From an uncultured Verrucomicrobiae bacterium (GTDB taxonomy: Bacteria > Verrucomicrobiota > Verrucomicrobiia > Chthoniobacterales > UBA10450): 64,000 nt of DNA. The notes beneath the pieces were generated by a model. It saw nothing but the letters and a program-made list of their open reading frames with translations. It had not been told where the DNA came from and did not search any database. The stretch lies in the NCBI GenBank assembly GCA_963834385.1, contig CAWIBO010000002.1, positions 992,001-1,056,000 on the forward strand. The letters are read 5' to 3'. Shown one piece after another: positions 20,327 through 31,351 of this stretch; position 1 is the stretch's first letter; each line of letters opens with the position of its first letter. A program made the position numbers and the translations under genes.

Positions 20327-20767
20327 ATGGACTTCGACGACGGGATGCGCGCAGCCGTGGAAGAGATGCATGCCGGACTGGCGGAAGGCGGCATCCCCAT
20401 CGGGAGTTCGCTCGCGCGGGATGGCCGCGTCGTGGCTCGCGGCCATAACCGGCGGGTGCAGGAGGGCGACCCCATTACGCATGCCGAGATCGATTGCCTG
20501 CGCCGGGCCGGTCGGTTGCCGGGCGGTTTTCGCGGCGCGGTTCTTTATTCCACCCTGATGCCGTGCCATCTCTGCGCCGGGGCCGCGGTCCAGTTTGGCA
20601 TTGCAAAGGTGATCGTGGGCGAGAGCCGCAACTTCGCCGGAGCGCCCGACTTCATGCGCGAACATGGCATTGAAGTGATCGATCTCGATCTGCCGGAATG
20701 CGTGGAGACCATGCGCCGCTGGATCGAGCAAAACCCCACGCTCTGGAACGAGGATATCGGCCTATAG
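20327..20767 (+). CDS. Cytosine deaminase (CDA fold, yeast FCY1-like)
   Basis: EGGIPIGS, GHNRRVQ, HAE...PCHLC zinc motif, WNEDIG C-terminus. Confidence 0.88.
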   Translation: MDFDDGMRAAVEEMHAGLAEGGIPIGSSLARDGRVVARGHNRRVQEGDPITHAEIDCLRRAGRLPGGFRGAVLYSTLMPCHLCAGAAVQFGIAKVIVGESRNFAGAPDFMREHGIEVIDLDLPECVETMRRWIEQNPTLWNEDIGL

Positions 20768-20771
20768 CCGC

Positions 20772-22554
20772 CTATTCCTGCGGAATCCCGGAAAGATCGA
20801 TCGGCGGATAGAAGAGGGCGTCCGGCGGGAGAGCCCGGCGCACCCGTCGTGGCTGGGCAAATATTTCCCCGGAAGGCGCCTCGAAAATCCATTCGCCCCG
20901 AGGAGTTACCCCGACGAATCGGGCATTGTAATTCCGGCGCACTGTCTGCCGGCGGGAGCGCGACAGAATCCGCGCCTCCTCGATCTCAGCCGGGAGCGCC
21001 CGGCGAACTTCACGGGCGCGGGTGCGTGCCGGGCGACTGTTCCGCGCTGTCATTTTCGGCTTCGACGGGACTGTGTTCTCTTTCGCGCGAAACCCGGCTT
21101 GGCTGGGATGAAGCGACGGCCTTCGGGGGTTCGTCCGCCCCGGAGGTGGTGTCGTCCGAAGGAATCTCCGTGGTCGACTCGGCCGTCAGGTCTCCTTCTT
21201 CTGGTCCCTCCGCGGGCGGCTCAGCTTCCACCGGCGCGGGCGTGGCCGCGGCGACAACCTGTTCCGTCGGCGAAACGGCTGGCGCAGGTGTCGTGGTCTC
21301 CTCAACCACCGCCGCCGGGGAAGATTCGGTGTCCGCCAACACCGGCGAGGCGGTCGCCGCGGGTGACACCTCCTGCATCGGTTCGGGACTCGCCGTGGTG
21401 ACAATTGTTCCACCGGCTGCGCCCACGCCCGGTGTCGGAACGCCGACGGGTTCGCCGATCAATTCCGCTTCCTGGCGCGCCTGGCGATTTTCCAGTGCGC
21501 GCTGGAAAGCGGGCCAGGCCAGGCTCGCCAGCACAATTAGAGCAAGCGCGGCCACGGCGTATCCGGCCGGTTGCAGGAGATTGCGGAAGGCCCGGGCTTC
21601 GCGGGACGACGCCACCGGGTCGGCGACCACCGGTTCCGGCTCGGGCGGCGGGACCGTCGCCGCGCTGACCGCGGCTCCGCCGAGGAAACCGGGGAGCCAC
21701 GAGCGGCCGCGCAGCCGCGTGAGGTGTCGCTCCATCTCTTTCGCCAGGAGCACGGGATCACGCGGTCGCGCATCCGGGTTTTTCGCCAGCATCTTCTCCA
21801 GAAGCTCGCGCACCCCTTTCGGCATGGCCTCCAGTTGCGCCACCGGCGGTTCCGCCATCATCTGCTGCGCCGTCACCGCCGCGGGCGACCCGAGAAAAGG
21901 CGGATGACCTGTCAAAAGAAACCAGAGGGTGCAGCCAAGCGAGTAAACCGCCGACTGAAAATCAGTCTCCCCGCGGTCAAGCTGTTCGGGCGCGGCATAC
22001 TGGAACGCGGCCAGGCGGGCGGCTTCCTCCGGACCGGCGTCGGCCTCGGCCGGCCGCAGCCGCCCGGGACCGAACCCGAGCAGCTTGATGAAGGGCCATT
22101 CACCTTCGTCGTTCACTCCCGGCACCAGCATGATGTTCGCTGGTTGCACCGCGGCGTGGGAAAGACCGTGGAAAGCTCCGGCGCCAAGCGCGAGCACCAC
22201 CTGCCTGGCAATGCGCAGGGCCGCTTCCGGCGGAAGCGGTCCGTGCACGGAAACCCAGCGATCGAGCGGTTCGCCTTCCAGCCGCTCCATGGCGGTATAA
22301 TGAAAATCCCGACCCGTCCCGGTCTCGAGGATCGTGGCGATATTTGGATGATTCGGCCGTCCCGCATCGTCAGCGGCCGGCGCGGCCGCCGCAGTGATGT
22401 CCGTCATGGCGAGCGGGACCAGGCGGAGCAGAACCGGGTCATGGGTGGTGCGATGCTCGGCTTCCACGGTCAGTCCGATCCCGTCGCGGGTGAGCACAGT
22501 GGGCTCTCCGTCGTATCCGGTTATTACTCGATAATTTCCAAAATTTCGTTCCAT
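20772..22554 (-). CDS. Membrane-anchored Ser/Thr kinase-like protein (pseudokinase), one indel near 21020
   Basis: HPNIA, MERLEG, YAAPEQ, YSLGCTLWFLLTG.PPF, P..RP kinase scaffold; TM; Pro/Thr/Glu-rich tail. Confidence 0.8.
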
Positions 22555-22695
22555 ATTTGCGGTCTCGGGCGCGATGGGAGGGCCGAAAGACCCCGCGCCA
22601 CTCCCTCTTAGACCGCCGGGCCCGGGAGATATTCAGAAGAACCCGCGCAATCTCGCCCGGGCGACGAAAAGAAGTCCTGCTGCCCAAGAGCCGCC

Positions 22696-22766
22696 CTACC
22701 CCGCATGGATTCGAACCATGAATAACGCCTCCAAAGGGCGCTGTGTTACCGTTACACCACGGGGTA
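22696..22766 (-). tRNA. tRNA-Gln (anticodon TTG), CCA not encoded
   Basis: TACCCCG acceptor stem, TGGTGTAACGGT D-arm, GCGCC-CT-TTG-GA-GGCGT anticodon arm, GGTTCGAATCC T-arm. Confidence 0.95.
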
Positions 22767-22863
22767 TGGTGGACAGGCGATTGTCGATTTGCCGGGGGAA
22801 GGGTGCAACCGTCTTTTGCCGGGACCACGCTCTGACGTCGCGTGGAAGACGAGGATGCCGAGC

Positions 22864-24006
22864 TCAGGCCGCGGCCGGGGTCGCCTCCGGGGCAGGCACG
22901 GGCAGACGGATATCGACCGTGGTCCCGCTCCCCAGCACGCTGCATACGGAAATCTTGCCCTCGTGGGCGTCGACGATTGACTTGGCGATGGCCATGCCGA
23001 GACCGGTGCCGTGGGCCTTGCCGTGGGTGACAAAGGGCTCGAAAAGTTTCGGCAGAATCTCGGGCGGGATGCCGCAGCCGGTATCGGTAATGCGCAGCGC
23101 CACCTCGTCGTAAACGCGGTCGGCCGTGATGGTGAGAATGCCGCCCTGGGGCATGGCTTCCCGGGCGTTCTTGATCAGGTTGGCCAGCATCCGGGTGAAC
23201 CGGGCCAGATCGATGTCGAAAACACCGTCGTAACTGATGCGCTTGGCAAACTGGATGTTCTGGCCCGGCAGCAGGCGCAGCGATTGCTGGTTCAGGTCGT
23301 CGAGCAGGCGCCAGATGGTGACGCGCTGCTTCGAGAGCGTCATGGAACCGCGGGCGTAATCGAGCAGCTCCTGCGTCATGGCGAGCATGCCATCGACCGC
23401 GGTGTCCATCATGCCGGTCAGCTCGCGCAAACGCGGATCCGGGGTTTCCCCCGCGATCAGGTCCGAGCAGCAGCGGACAATGCAGATCGGGTTCTTCAGG
23501 TCGTGAATGATGGAGCTGGCCATGGCCCCGACGAGGCTGAGGCGTTCCGTGCGCATGACCTCGGTGATGAAGTGCGAGTTCACCGCGCGGAGCCGCTCGG
23601 AGACGCTGCGCAGGAAGTTCATGTGCAACCGGCTCGGGGCCAGCTCGAGGATGTGCTGGAAAGTGCTTTCGGTCACCGCCCCCAGGAGGGTTGGTTCGGC
23701 CGCCGTGGCCATGGCGGAGCGCGGCTGGCCGTCCAGCAGGGCCATCTCGCCGAAAAAGTTGTTGGACTGGATGAACCCGAGGGTCTCCTGGTTCCCGCCG
23801 CGCCCGATCTTGGAAATCTTGACCGAGCCTTCGCCCACCAGGTAAAGCGAGTCGCCGGGGTCCCCCTCCTTGAAGATCACTTCGCCCGGGGCCAGGCGCA
23901 TAACACGCACCTCAGGCGCGATTTCGTCGAGGAGTCCGCGCTCAATCCCCTCAAAAAGGCGATTGCCGTAAAATTGGTCGACGGCCTGGAGGGCGGAGGA
24001 AATCAT
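22864..24006 (-). CDS. Cytoplasmic cNMP-binding histidine kinase
   Basis: IFKEGDPGDSLY...FFGEMALLDGQPRSA cNMP domain; IHDLKNP H-box; NAREAM, DTGCGI, GTGLGM. Confidence 0.92.
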   Translation of the reverse strand: MISSALQAVDQFYGNRLFEGIERGLLDEIAPEVRVMRLAPGEVIFKEGDPGDSLYLVGEGSVKISKIGRGGNQETLGFIQSNNFFGEMALLDGQPRSAMATAAEPTLLGAVTESTFQHILELAPSRLHMNFLRSVSERLRAVNSHFITEVMRTERLSLVGAMASSIIHDLKNPICIVRCCSDLIAGETPDPRLRELTGMMDTAVDGMLAMTQELLDYARGSMTLSKQRVTIWRLLDDLNQQSLRLLPGQNIQFAKRISYDGVFDIDLARFTRMLANLIKNAREAMPQGGILTITADRVYDEVALRITDTGCGIPPEILPKLFEPFVTHGKAHGTGLGMAIAKSIVDAHEGKISVCSVLGSGTTVDIRLPVPAPEATPAAA

Positions 24007-24722
24007 CAGGCTCCCTGGGAAGCAGTCATAATGCCGTCAGCGGCCTTTTTTGGCCCCGCGCCCGCGATCTCGAGCAGCGAGGTCAACTGGGAGACGAGCT
24101 CATCCGGCGGGAGCGGCTTCCGCAAGAAGGCCGAGAGGCCGCGGGCGAACATTCCCTGGAGCCGGATCTCGTCGATAAATCCGGTCGTGAGGATGACGGG
24201 AAGGGCAGGGGCCAGCGTCCGGATCCGATCAAAGGTCTCTTCCCCGTCGAGGAACGGCATGGTCAGGTCGAGGAGCACGGCGTCGTATTGACCCGGTTGT
24301 TGCACGAGAAGATCGAGGCACTCGAAGCCGTTGGCCGCCTCGCGCACGGCAAACCCGGCCCCGTCCAGCACGCGGGCGGTGAGCTCCCGCGTCATGGGCT
24401 CGTCATCGACCACCAGGATGGTGCCCCGGGGCTGGCGGGCGCGCTCCGCTTCCTGCCTTTGCAGAAGGGCGCCGAGATCAGGATGCAAGAGGACCTTCTT
24501 TTCGCAGCCTCCGACCTGGCGGACCAGCTCGCTCGTGACCTCGGCGGCGCGCTCAACACTGGCGCGGAGCATGGCGAAGTATTTTTCGGAGCCGGGTGAG
24601 CCGTCCCAGATGTTTTCGATGACCTCGCTCGTGCCGGCGATAACCTGCAGGAGGTTGTTCAATTCGCTGGCGGCGACCGGCACCTGCTGGCGCGCGATCT
24701 CGTTCTCTTTGGATGATTCCAT
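24006..24722 (-). CDS. Response regulator with N-terminal degenerate HisKA-like helices
   Basis: ASELNNLLQVI...ERAAEVTSEL, then ILVVDDE, LLDLTMP, TTG, KP receiver. Confidence 0.85.
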   Translation of the reverse strand: MESSKENEIARQQVPVAASELNNLLQVIAGTSEVIENIWDGSPGSEKYFAMLRASVERAAEVTSELVRQVGGCEKKVLLHPDLGALLQRQEAERARQPRGTILVVDDEPMTRELTARVLDGAGFAVREAANGFECLDLLVQQPGQYDAVLLDLTMPFLDGEETFDRIRTLAPALPVILTTGFIDEIRLQGMFARGLSAFLRKPLPPDELVSQLTSLLEIAGAGPKKAADGIMTASQGA

Positions 24723-24725
24723 GGA

Positions 24726-27700
24726 TTAACCGCCGGGAGGCAGCGCGCTGAGGGATTTCGTTGTGGCTCCCATGCCGGTGAACGTGCCGGTGGTGGAACC
24801 GTTCCCGCCGAAGCCGGTGTAGTTCGGGTTATTGGTGTAAACGTTCGCGGGCAGGTTCCCGTTGATCGTCACCTGCACGTTGTTAAAGATGTTGACGGTA
24901 TTGGCCGCGATCGTTTTTGCGGCCGTGCCGTTGAGGGTGGTGTTGCCGGTAAAGTTGATCGTGCCGCTGCTTCCGCCGGCGTAGAGGCGGATGAGCGAAT
25001 TGCCGCTGAGCTGGGAATTGCCCACGTTGAGGACGCCATTGCGGCCGACCGCGCTCAGCTTCACGACATCGGCGCTGAGGGTGGAGTTGTTGACGGTGAC
25101 GGTTCCGGTGCCGCCGTTGTTCTGAACGTCGATGGTTCCGCGGTCCGCCTGTACCCTGGCGCCGTTCAGGTTCACCGCGCCGCCGCCGAGGTCATCTTGA
25201 TGGAGCCGCCGGAACCGCGGGCCGTGGCCGCGAGGAGGCTGTTCAGCTCGGCCGAGCTGGTCACGTTGATGGCCACGCCCGTCTTTTTCCGGCTTTCCAG
25301 CGTGATGGTACCGCCCTTGTCGCTGATCGCGCCGATTTCCGTCGTTCGACGACACTTCGATCTTCGATCCGACCGTGATGGTGTCGTCGGACTTGAGCTC
25401 GACTTTGCCGCCCTGGCCACCGGTCATGCCGGCGGTGCTGTTCAGGCCGGTCGTGGCGAGGATAGGGACGTTGACCGCGATGGCCCCCACGGTGTCCGCC
25501 TTAAGTTCGCCGCCATTTCCCCCGGCCTCGGCACGGGAGGGGGAGGCATCTCCGCCGGTGAGACTGGCGCTCCGGACGGCGGTGCCGGCAGAATCAAAGT
25601 TCAGGGTGCTGGTAACGAAGGTCACGCTGGAGGCATGCTGCGGCGCGCTGCTGGCCGTGCCGGAGGCGCCGTCCAGCTTGATGCCGCCGGTCCACTTGAT
25701 GTTGGGCGCGGAGATCGTCTTGCTCTCGGCCACCGGGCCGCTGAGGAGCCCGCCCGAACCGATGGAGAGCACGGTCCCGGCCGTGACCTGCTTTGCGCTC
25801 AAGGAACCGGCCGAGATGCTTTTGGTGGCGGTGATCTTGTCGCCGGCGATGAGGCCGCCGACACTGATGAGCCCGGGAGTGGTCGCCTCCTTGAGGGCGT
25901 ACAGATTGCCAGTAAGGACCAGGTCGCCCTTGAGATTGAACTTGAGAGTGTTGACCGAGAGTGAGCCTCCTTCGTAGGAGCCGTTGGTGAGGGTGATCTT
26001 GTCGAATCCGACCAGATCGAAGGCGGCGGCGTTGATGCCCCCGGCTTTCACCGTGATGTTGGAGGCGGAGGGCGCGATGGAGAAGTCGGTCAGGAGCGTG
26101 AGACCGTTTGAGTTAATATTCAGGGTCTTGAGCCGCGCGGTGTCGACGCCGCCACCCCGCCGTTGGCGGAGGCCAGGCTGATGACGCCGTTGCTCGAGTT
26201 CAGGGTCAGATAATCGGCGGAGAGATAGGCCGTGCTGGCATTAAAAAGAAGCGCGTCGGTTCCGGTAAGCGTGAGGGTGGGGGCAACAAGGCGGCCGAAG
26301 ATCTGGGTGTCGGCCGCCGCGAGAACGAGGGCGCGCGAGGCCTGCAGATTGGCGCTGGTGGCGACATGAAGATCCCCTGTCGCGCTCACGCTCAGGTCGC
26401 GTCCATTCATCCCACCGGCAAGGCTGGCTGAACCGGTGGTGTTGGCCTGGATGTCCTCCACCGCCGAGAGATTGCTGGCCGCACCGGTCACGAGGTCGCC
26501 GGAGAGGCTGAGGCCGATGTTCCTGCCGCTGGTGACAACCGAATTGATTGTCGCTCCCGCGGCGTTGGCCTGGAAATCCGCGCTGTTCACCGTCCCGTTG
26601 ATGAGCAGTTCCTTTGTCCCGGTCAGCTTGAAGGTTTTGCCACTGCTTCCGCCATCGAGGGTGATCCGCTGGCCCGAGATGGTGACATTGCCGCCGGCGC
26701 CGAGGCTGCCGCTGCCGTTGAGGATAAAATCCTGAGTCATGGTGAAAACCATGTCGGCCGCGGACTCGAGGGGTCCCCCGACGATGGCTTTCTTGCCGGA
26801 CACGCCGATGCTCTGCGTCTGCGCGCGATCGTTCATGGTCACGTTACCCTTGGCGGCGCTCAGGGTGAGTTTGGCGGAATTGGTAGTCCCGCGGAGAAGG
26901 ATGTCGCCGTTGAGAGAGGTGACGGCGATGTCCTTGGTGGTCGAGATGGAGCCAGTAGCCCCAAGGGTAAAATTTGTCCCGGTGGTGAAGGTGGCCAGAT
27001 CAGCCTGCAGCGCCTGGTTCACGGTCGCGTTTTTGACGTTGGCGACGAACGCACCCGGCGTTTGGATGGCGGCGTTGGTGGTGAGGTCCTTGCCTGCCGT
27101 GATGGAAAAGTTTTTCCCGCTGGCGGCGCCGTTCAGGGTCACGTTGTTCACCGCAGTGAGGCTGACGGAGTCCGTCGCGCGCAAGTTGCCAGAGGCCGAA
27201 AGGAGCAGGTCGTCCTTGTTATTGACGGTGAAATTGCGGGCGGAAATTGGACCGGCCAGGGTAACGTTGGTGCCTGCGATGTTGACGTCAGCACTATTGA
27301 CGGCGCCGTTGACCACGATGTTGGCGAGCCCGTTGAGACCGAGAGAGCCCGCGGTCGTGATTGTGCCGTCCAGGATGATGGAATCAGAAGCGGTCACGCT
27401 GGCATTACCGCCGAGATTAATGACGCTGCCGTTGCCCGCGCGGAAGGAAGTGCCGGCGTTAAAGGTGGCGTCCTTGCCGCTCAGGCTTCCGTTGAAAGCG
27501 ACACTGGGACCGGTCGCGACCAGGCTGGAGAGAGCCTCGGTTGTCCCGTTAAACGTCAAAGCGCCAGGGATTCCCCTGTTAGTCCCGGAGGTGATGGTCA
27601 CCACGTTGCCCCGGGTGGCGCCGTTCAGATTGATCAGGCCCGCCGAATTGATCGTGAGGTTTTTGTCCGGCCCGGTGGCGGAAAGGCTCGCCCCGCTGCC

Positions 27701-30221
27701 CAGGGTAAAGGACTGGCCAGCGTTGAATGTCAGTTTCTCGCCCGCGATGGCGTTGTTTGCATTCAGGACAGTGCCCGAAGCGACCAGGTTCTTGGTGGTC
27801 ACCGGTCCGTTAAAATTGATGGCGCCGTTTAACAAGAATCGGATTGGTTCCCGCAGAGAGGGTCATGGTGGACCCATTGTTGATCGCCCCCAGGTTCATC
27901 CCGCCGCCGGTGGTGATGGAGAGGTCGTCCGTATTCAGCGCCGCGGCGCCGGTCATGTTGAAATCGTTGGTCATGGTGAACCCCACCGTTTTTCCGGTGA
28001 CGGTATTGCTGATATTGGCCGTGCGACCCGAGGCGGCCAGGACATAGGAGGCGGTGAGTTTGCCGCTGACGTTGATGTCGGTCCCGGCAGTGAGGATGAA
28101 CTTTTTGCTCGTGCTGGTGGCGTCCTCGAGTTCCGAGGTGGCCCCCGCCAGGTTCATGGCCCCGCCCGTGACAATGGTCAGGTCGTCCGAGGCGTTGATC
28201 GTGCCGGCGCTGCTGAGATTCAGGTCCCCGCCGATCTGCAGGTTAAGGTCCTTGCCCGAGAGAGAACCGTTGATGGTGGCTGAATTGCCGTAGCCGAAGA
28301 GATCCTCGGCGTTGATGCTTCCGTTGACCACGAGCTGGCCGCCGGCGTAGACCTGCGCAAAACGGCTCGAGATCGCGCCGTTGATCACGGTATCGCCCAG
28401 GGCGGTCAGCGAGGCGGAGCTCGCCAGAATGCTGGCGGTCGCATCCACCGTGACGTTTTTCTCCGCGGCGAGGAGCAGGCTGGCGTCCTTCAGGTTCATG
28501 GAAGAGCCAAAGTTGACGTTGCCGTTCCGGGCATAGAGCTCAATGAGCTTGAAGGCACTTCCGTCCGCCTTGGTGAAGGTGAAGCGGTCGCTCAGGCTGA
28601 TCGACCCGTTCGCGGTCCCGAGGAAGAGGCCCTCAAGCCCGTTAAGATTCACCGTCCCGCCCAGGTTCGAGGAGGTGATGTCCGTCTGGCTGATGAGGGA
28701 GATGCGGTTGGCGCCGGCGCGGGTGAGGAAGCTGGGGTTGCCCTCCAGCTCCAGGGCGGAGAACGAGTAAACGCCGCTGCTGGAGAAGTCGCGGTTGTAC
28801 TGGTTGTCGAAATCCATCCGGTTATCAAAACTGGAGGTGCTTCCGAAAAGGAACTTGGAGGCGGAACCGGTCGCCGCGGTGCTGCGGAAGAACATTCCGG
28901 AGTCGGTCACCCCATCCGTGGTGATGGAGGGGGAGGCTTTCGAGGTGTCGATCAGCGTTCCCGACTTGATGATGTAAGGGCCGCTTGAGGCGATCCGGGG
29001 AGGCGTCGAAGAGGGCACCGCATTCACGTTGGGGGTTGGAGCGGGGTTGGGCGTTGCGCTCGCGCCGGCGAACGGTGTGGGAGTCGGTCCCGGCACGGTG
29101 GGAGTCGGCGTGGCGGTTGGCGTGGCGGTTGGCGTCGCGGTTGGCGTCGCGGTTGGTGTCGCGGTTGGTGTCGCGGTTGGTGTCGCGGTTGGTGTCGCGG
29201 TTGGTGTCGCGGTTGGTGTCGCGGTTGGTGTCGCGGTTGGTGTCGCGGTCGGTGTCGCGGTCGGTGTCGCGGTCGGTGTCGCGGTCGGTGTCGCAGTCGG
29301 TGTCGCGGTCGGTGTCGCGGTCGGTGTCGCAGTCGGCGTCGCGGTCGGTGTCGCGGTCGGTGTCGCGGTCGGCGTTGCTGTCGGCGTCGCACCACCACCG
29401 CCCCCGCCCCCGGCCGGTGAGTCGTCCGGGAACAACTGTTCAACGTCGTGGCGCTTCTTGATCGTTTCCATCAGGTCGTCCTCTGCCATCACGACCTGTG
29501 TCCCGCGTCCAAGGATGACAAGATTGGTATCGACGAGAGAATCGGAAGTCTTGTCGTCGGACTGCCGGGCGATCTCCTCGTTGATCAACGGCATGCTGGG
29601 CAGGGGCGGCACCGCTCCGTCGGGCCCGGGCATGTTCACCAGCGTCGAAGTGGTGACCACCGTCTTCAAATCAACCGTCACGGGATCCGGGATGCGTTTG
29701 GCGTTGGGCGGCATGATGACCATCTTGCCCGGGGTAAGAAGGAGGGAGTCGCCGAAACGACCGTTCATGGAAAGGCGGAGACTGCCTTCCAGCACCAGCA
29801 CCTTGATTGATCGGGCCGGACGATACTCGAGCAGGATCGTCGTCCCCGTGATCGAAGCGGTCACGGCCGCGGTCCGGATTTTCGCGCCGCCCAGGCCTTT
29901 CGGGACCTGCAGCAGCATGGTGCCCTCTTTCAGGGCCATCTCGCGAGTGCCGGGCTTGAAACTGAAGAACGTCTCAGGCCCGATGCGGGTCAGGGTGTTG
30001 TCCTGAAAGCGGATCTCGGAGCGCGATTTCACGCCGGTTTTCAGGCCGATATCATCCTTGATGACGTCATCCACCCGGGCGGGCTGGATGCCGGCCGGTT
30101 GCACAAGGTTCACTTGGTTGATCACCTTGGTGACCCGCGCCTCGGTAAGGGGGGCGGCGTGGGCGGTGAGAGCGCCGACGGTGAGAAAAAGAGCGGGGAG
30201 GAAATAGCGGACACAGTTCAT
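24726..30221 (-). CDS. Giant (~1800 aa) secreted FecR-domain / TPTA-linker / beta-helical adhesin-like protein; indels near 27830, 26160, 25330 and 25190
   Basis: Signal peptide, FecR-like [21 protein letters not shown]...[17 protein letters not shown] repeat, then G/N/S/T-rich haemagglutinin-like repeats continuing through ORFs 27810-30278, 26120-27835 and 24726-26051. Confidence 0.75.
29104..29391. repeat. 12-bp tandem repeat, about 24 units, encoding (TPTA)n
   Basis: GCGGT(T/C)GG(T/C)GTC units in blocks of identical variants. Confidence 0.95.
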
Positions 30222-30292
30222 AAGGGGAATCTCCGCCCGGTGGGGGAGCAGAAGGCGTGCCGCTGCCATAATTTCCATAACGTTAAATGCCT

Positions 30293-31234
30293 TCAGAATC
30301 GGAAGTTAAACCCCATCCCCAGCCCCGTGGTCATGACGTCGTAGTCGAAGGCGAGCCGGTTCGAATCATTCGTCCCGTAGGAGAAAAAGAGGCCCGCCTG
30401 AAGGTTGCGGGAGATCAGATAGCGCAGGGAAACCGTGGCGAGATGGTTCTGATCCTGGCGGCCGCCGGAGTTGTAGAAGAGCCAGGAGTAACGGTAGAGA
30501 AGGTCGGCCTCGAGCGAGCGGGTCAGGCGGAGGTGGTAGTTAAGAGAGGCGGAAAGCTGATCGCGCTGGGCCGCGGAAGGATGGGCGAACCCGGCCATCC
30601 CGACGAGGCCCAGGGAAAAGGCATGGGATCGGCCGAGGGAGAAGACCTTCTGGGCGGCAAGGGAAAGCTCGTGGTCGCGCAGCATCTCGTTGCTGTGTGA
30701 GTCGAGAAGTTCAACGAAATCGTAACGGGCCAGGAAGGAGACGCCGCGAAGAGCCGCGGGGGTCCAGTTCAGACCGGCACCCGCGCTCAGGTTCTCGAAA
30801 TCGAGCTCCGTGGTTTCGTGATAGCGGAAGAAGGCGCCGCTGATGTTGGCGGTGACATTCCACTGGGGTCCAAGGGTCCGAAACCAGTTGGCGCTCAGGT
30901 TGGTTACCCAGAGGAAATCATCCGTCTCATCGGCGGCGGCCAGGGCGACGTTGCTGGTATGGATGAGGGTGGACTCACCCACGATGGCAAACGTCGGCAG
31001 GCGTGGCTCCTCCTTGAGAATCTGCTGGGCGCCAAAGCTTCCGTCCGCCTCGCCCGCCTCGGTCTCAACCGGGATGACCATGCCATCGGCGTTCACGGCC
31101 GGAGACGGCGAGGGCCCGGTTTGCCCTTGCACTAAACGCGCACGGTCGAGGGCGGAAACCGCTTCCTGGGCGCGGGCCGGGAAGGCCAGCGCGACAAGGA
31201 GAAGCAGAATGAGACTATGCCGGGGGGCGGCCAC
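30293..31234 (-). CDS. Outer-membrane beta-barrel protein
   Basis: Signal peptide ([15 protein letters not shown]), alternating amphipathic strands, C-terminal GFNFRF; GTG start inferred. Confidence 0.75.
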   Translation of the reverse strand: MAAPRHSLILLLLVALAFPARAQEAVSALDRARLVQGQTGPSPSPAVNADGMVIPVETEAGEADGSFGAQQILKEEPRLPTFAIVGESTLIHTSNVALAAADETDDFLWVTNLSANWFRTLGPQWNVTANISGAFFRYHETTELDFENLSAGAGLNWTPAALRGVSFLARYDFVELLDSHSNEMLRDHELSLAAQKVFSLGRSHAFSLGLVGMAGFAHPSAAQRDQLSASLNYHLRLTRSLEADLLYRYSWLFYNSGGRQDQNHLATVSLRYLISRNLQAGLFFSYGTNDSNRLAFDYDVMTTGLGMGFNFRF

Positions 31235-31351
31235 CTGCTGGTCATCAGCAGCGGGTATGCCAGAGCAGGCGTTTATCCTTCTCCGCAAGGTTTTTACGTC
31301 TCTCGTCCATCCGCGTCCGGACCCGGCACGTTTCCGGCTTGGCTTCACCCG

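Noticed and set aside
22696..22766. tRNA-Gln as an island integration site
   Set aside because: No integrase and no duplicated tRNA 3' end seen in the window
29104..29391. Tandem repeat as a CRISPR array
   Set aside because: No unique spacers, in-frame 12-bp coding repeat, no cas genes
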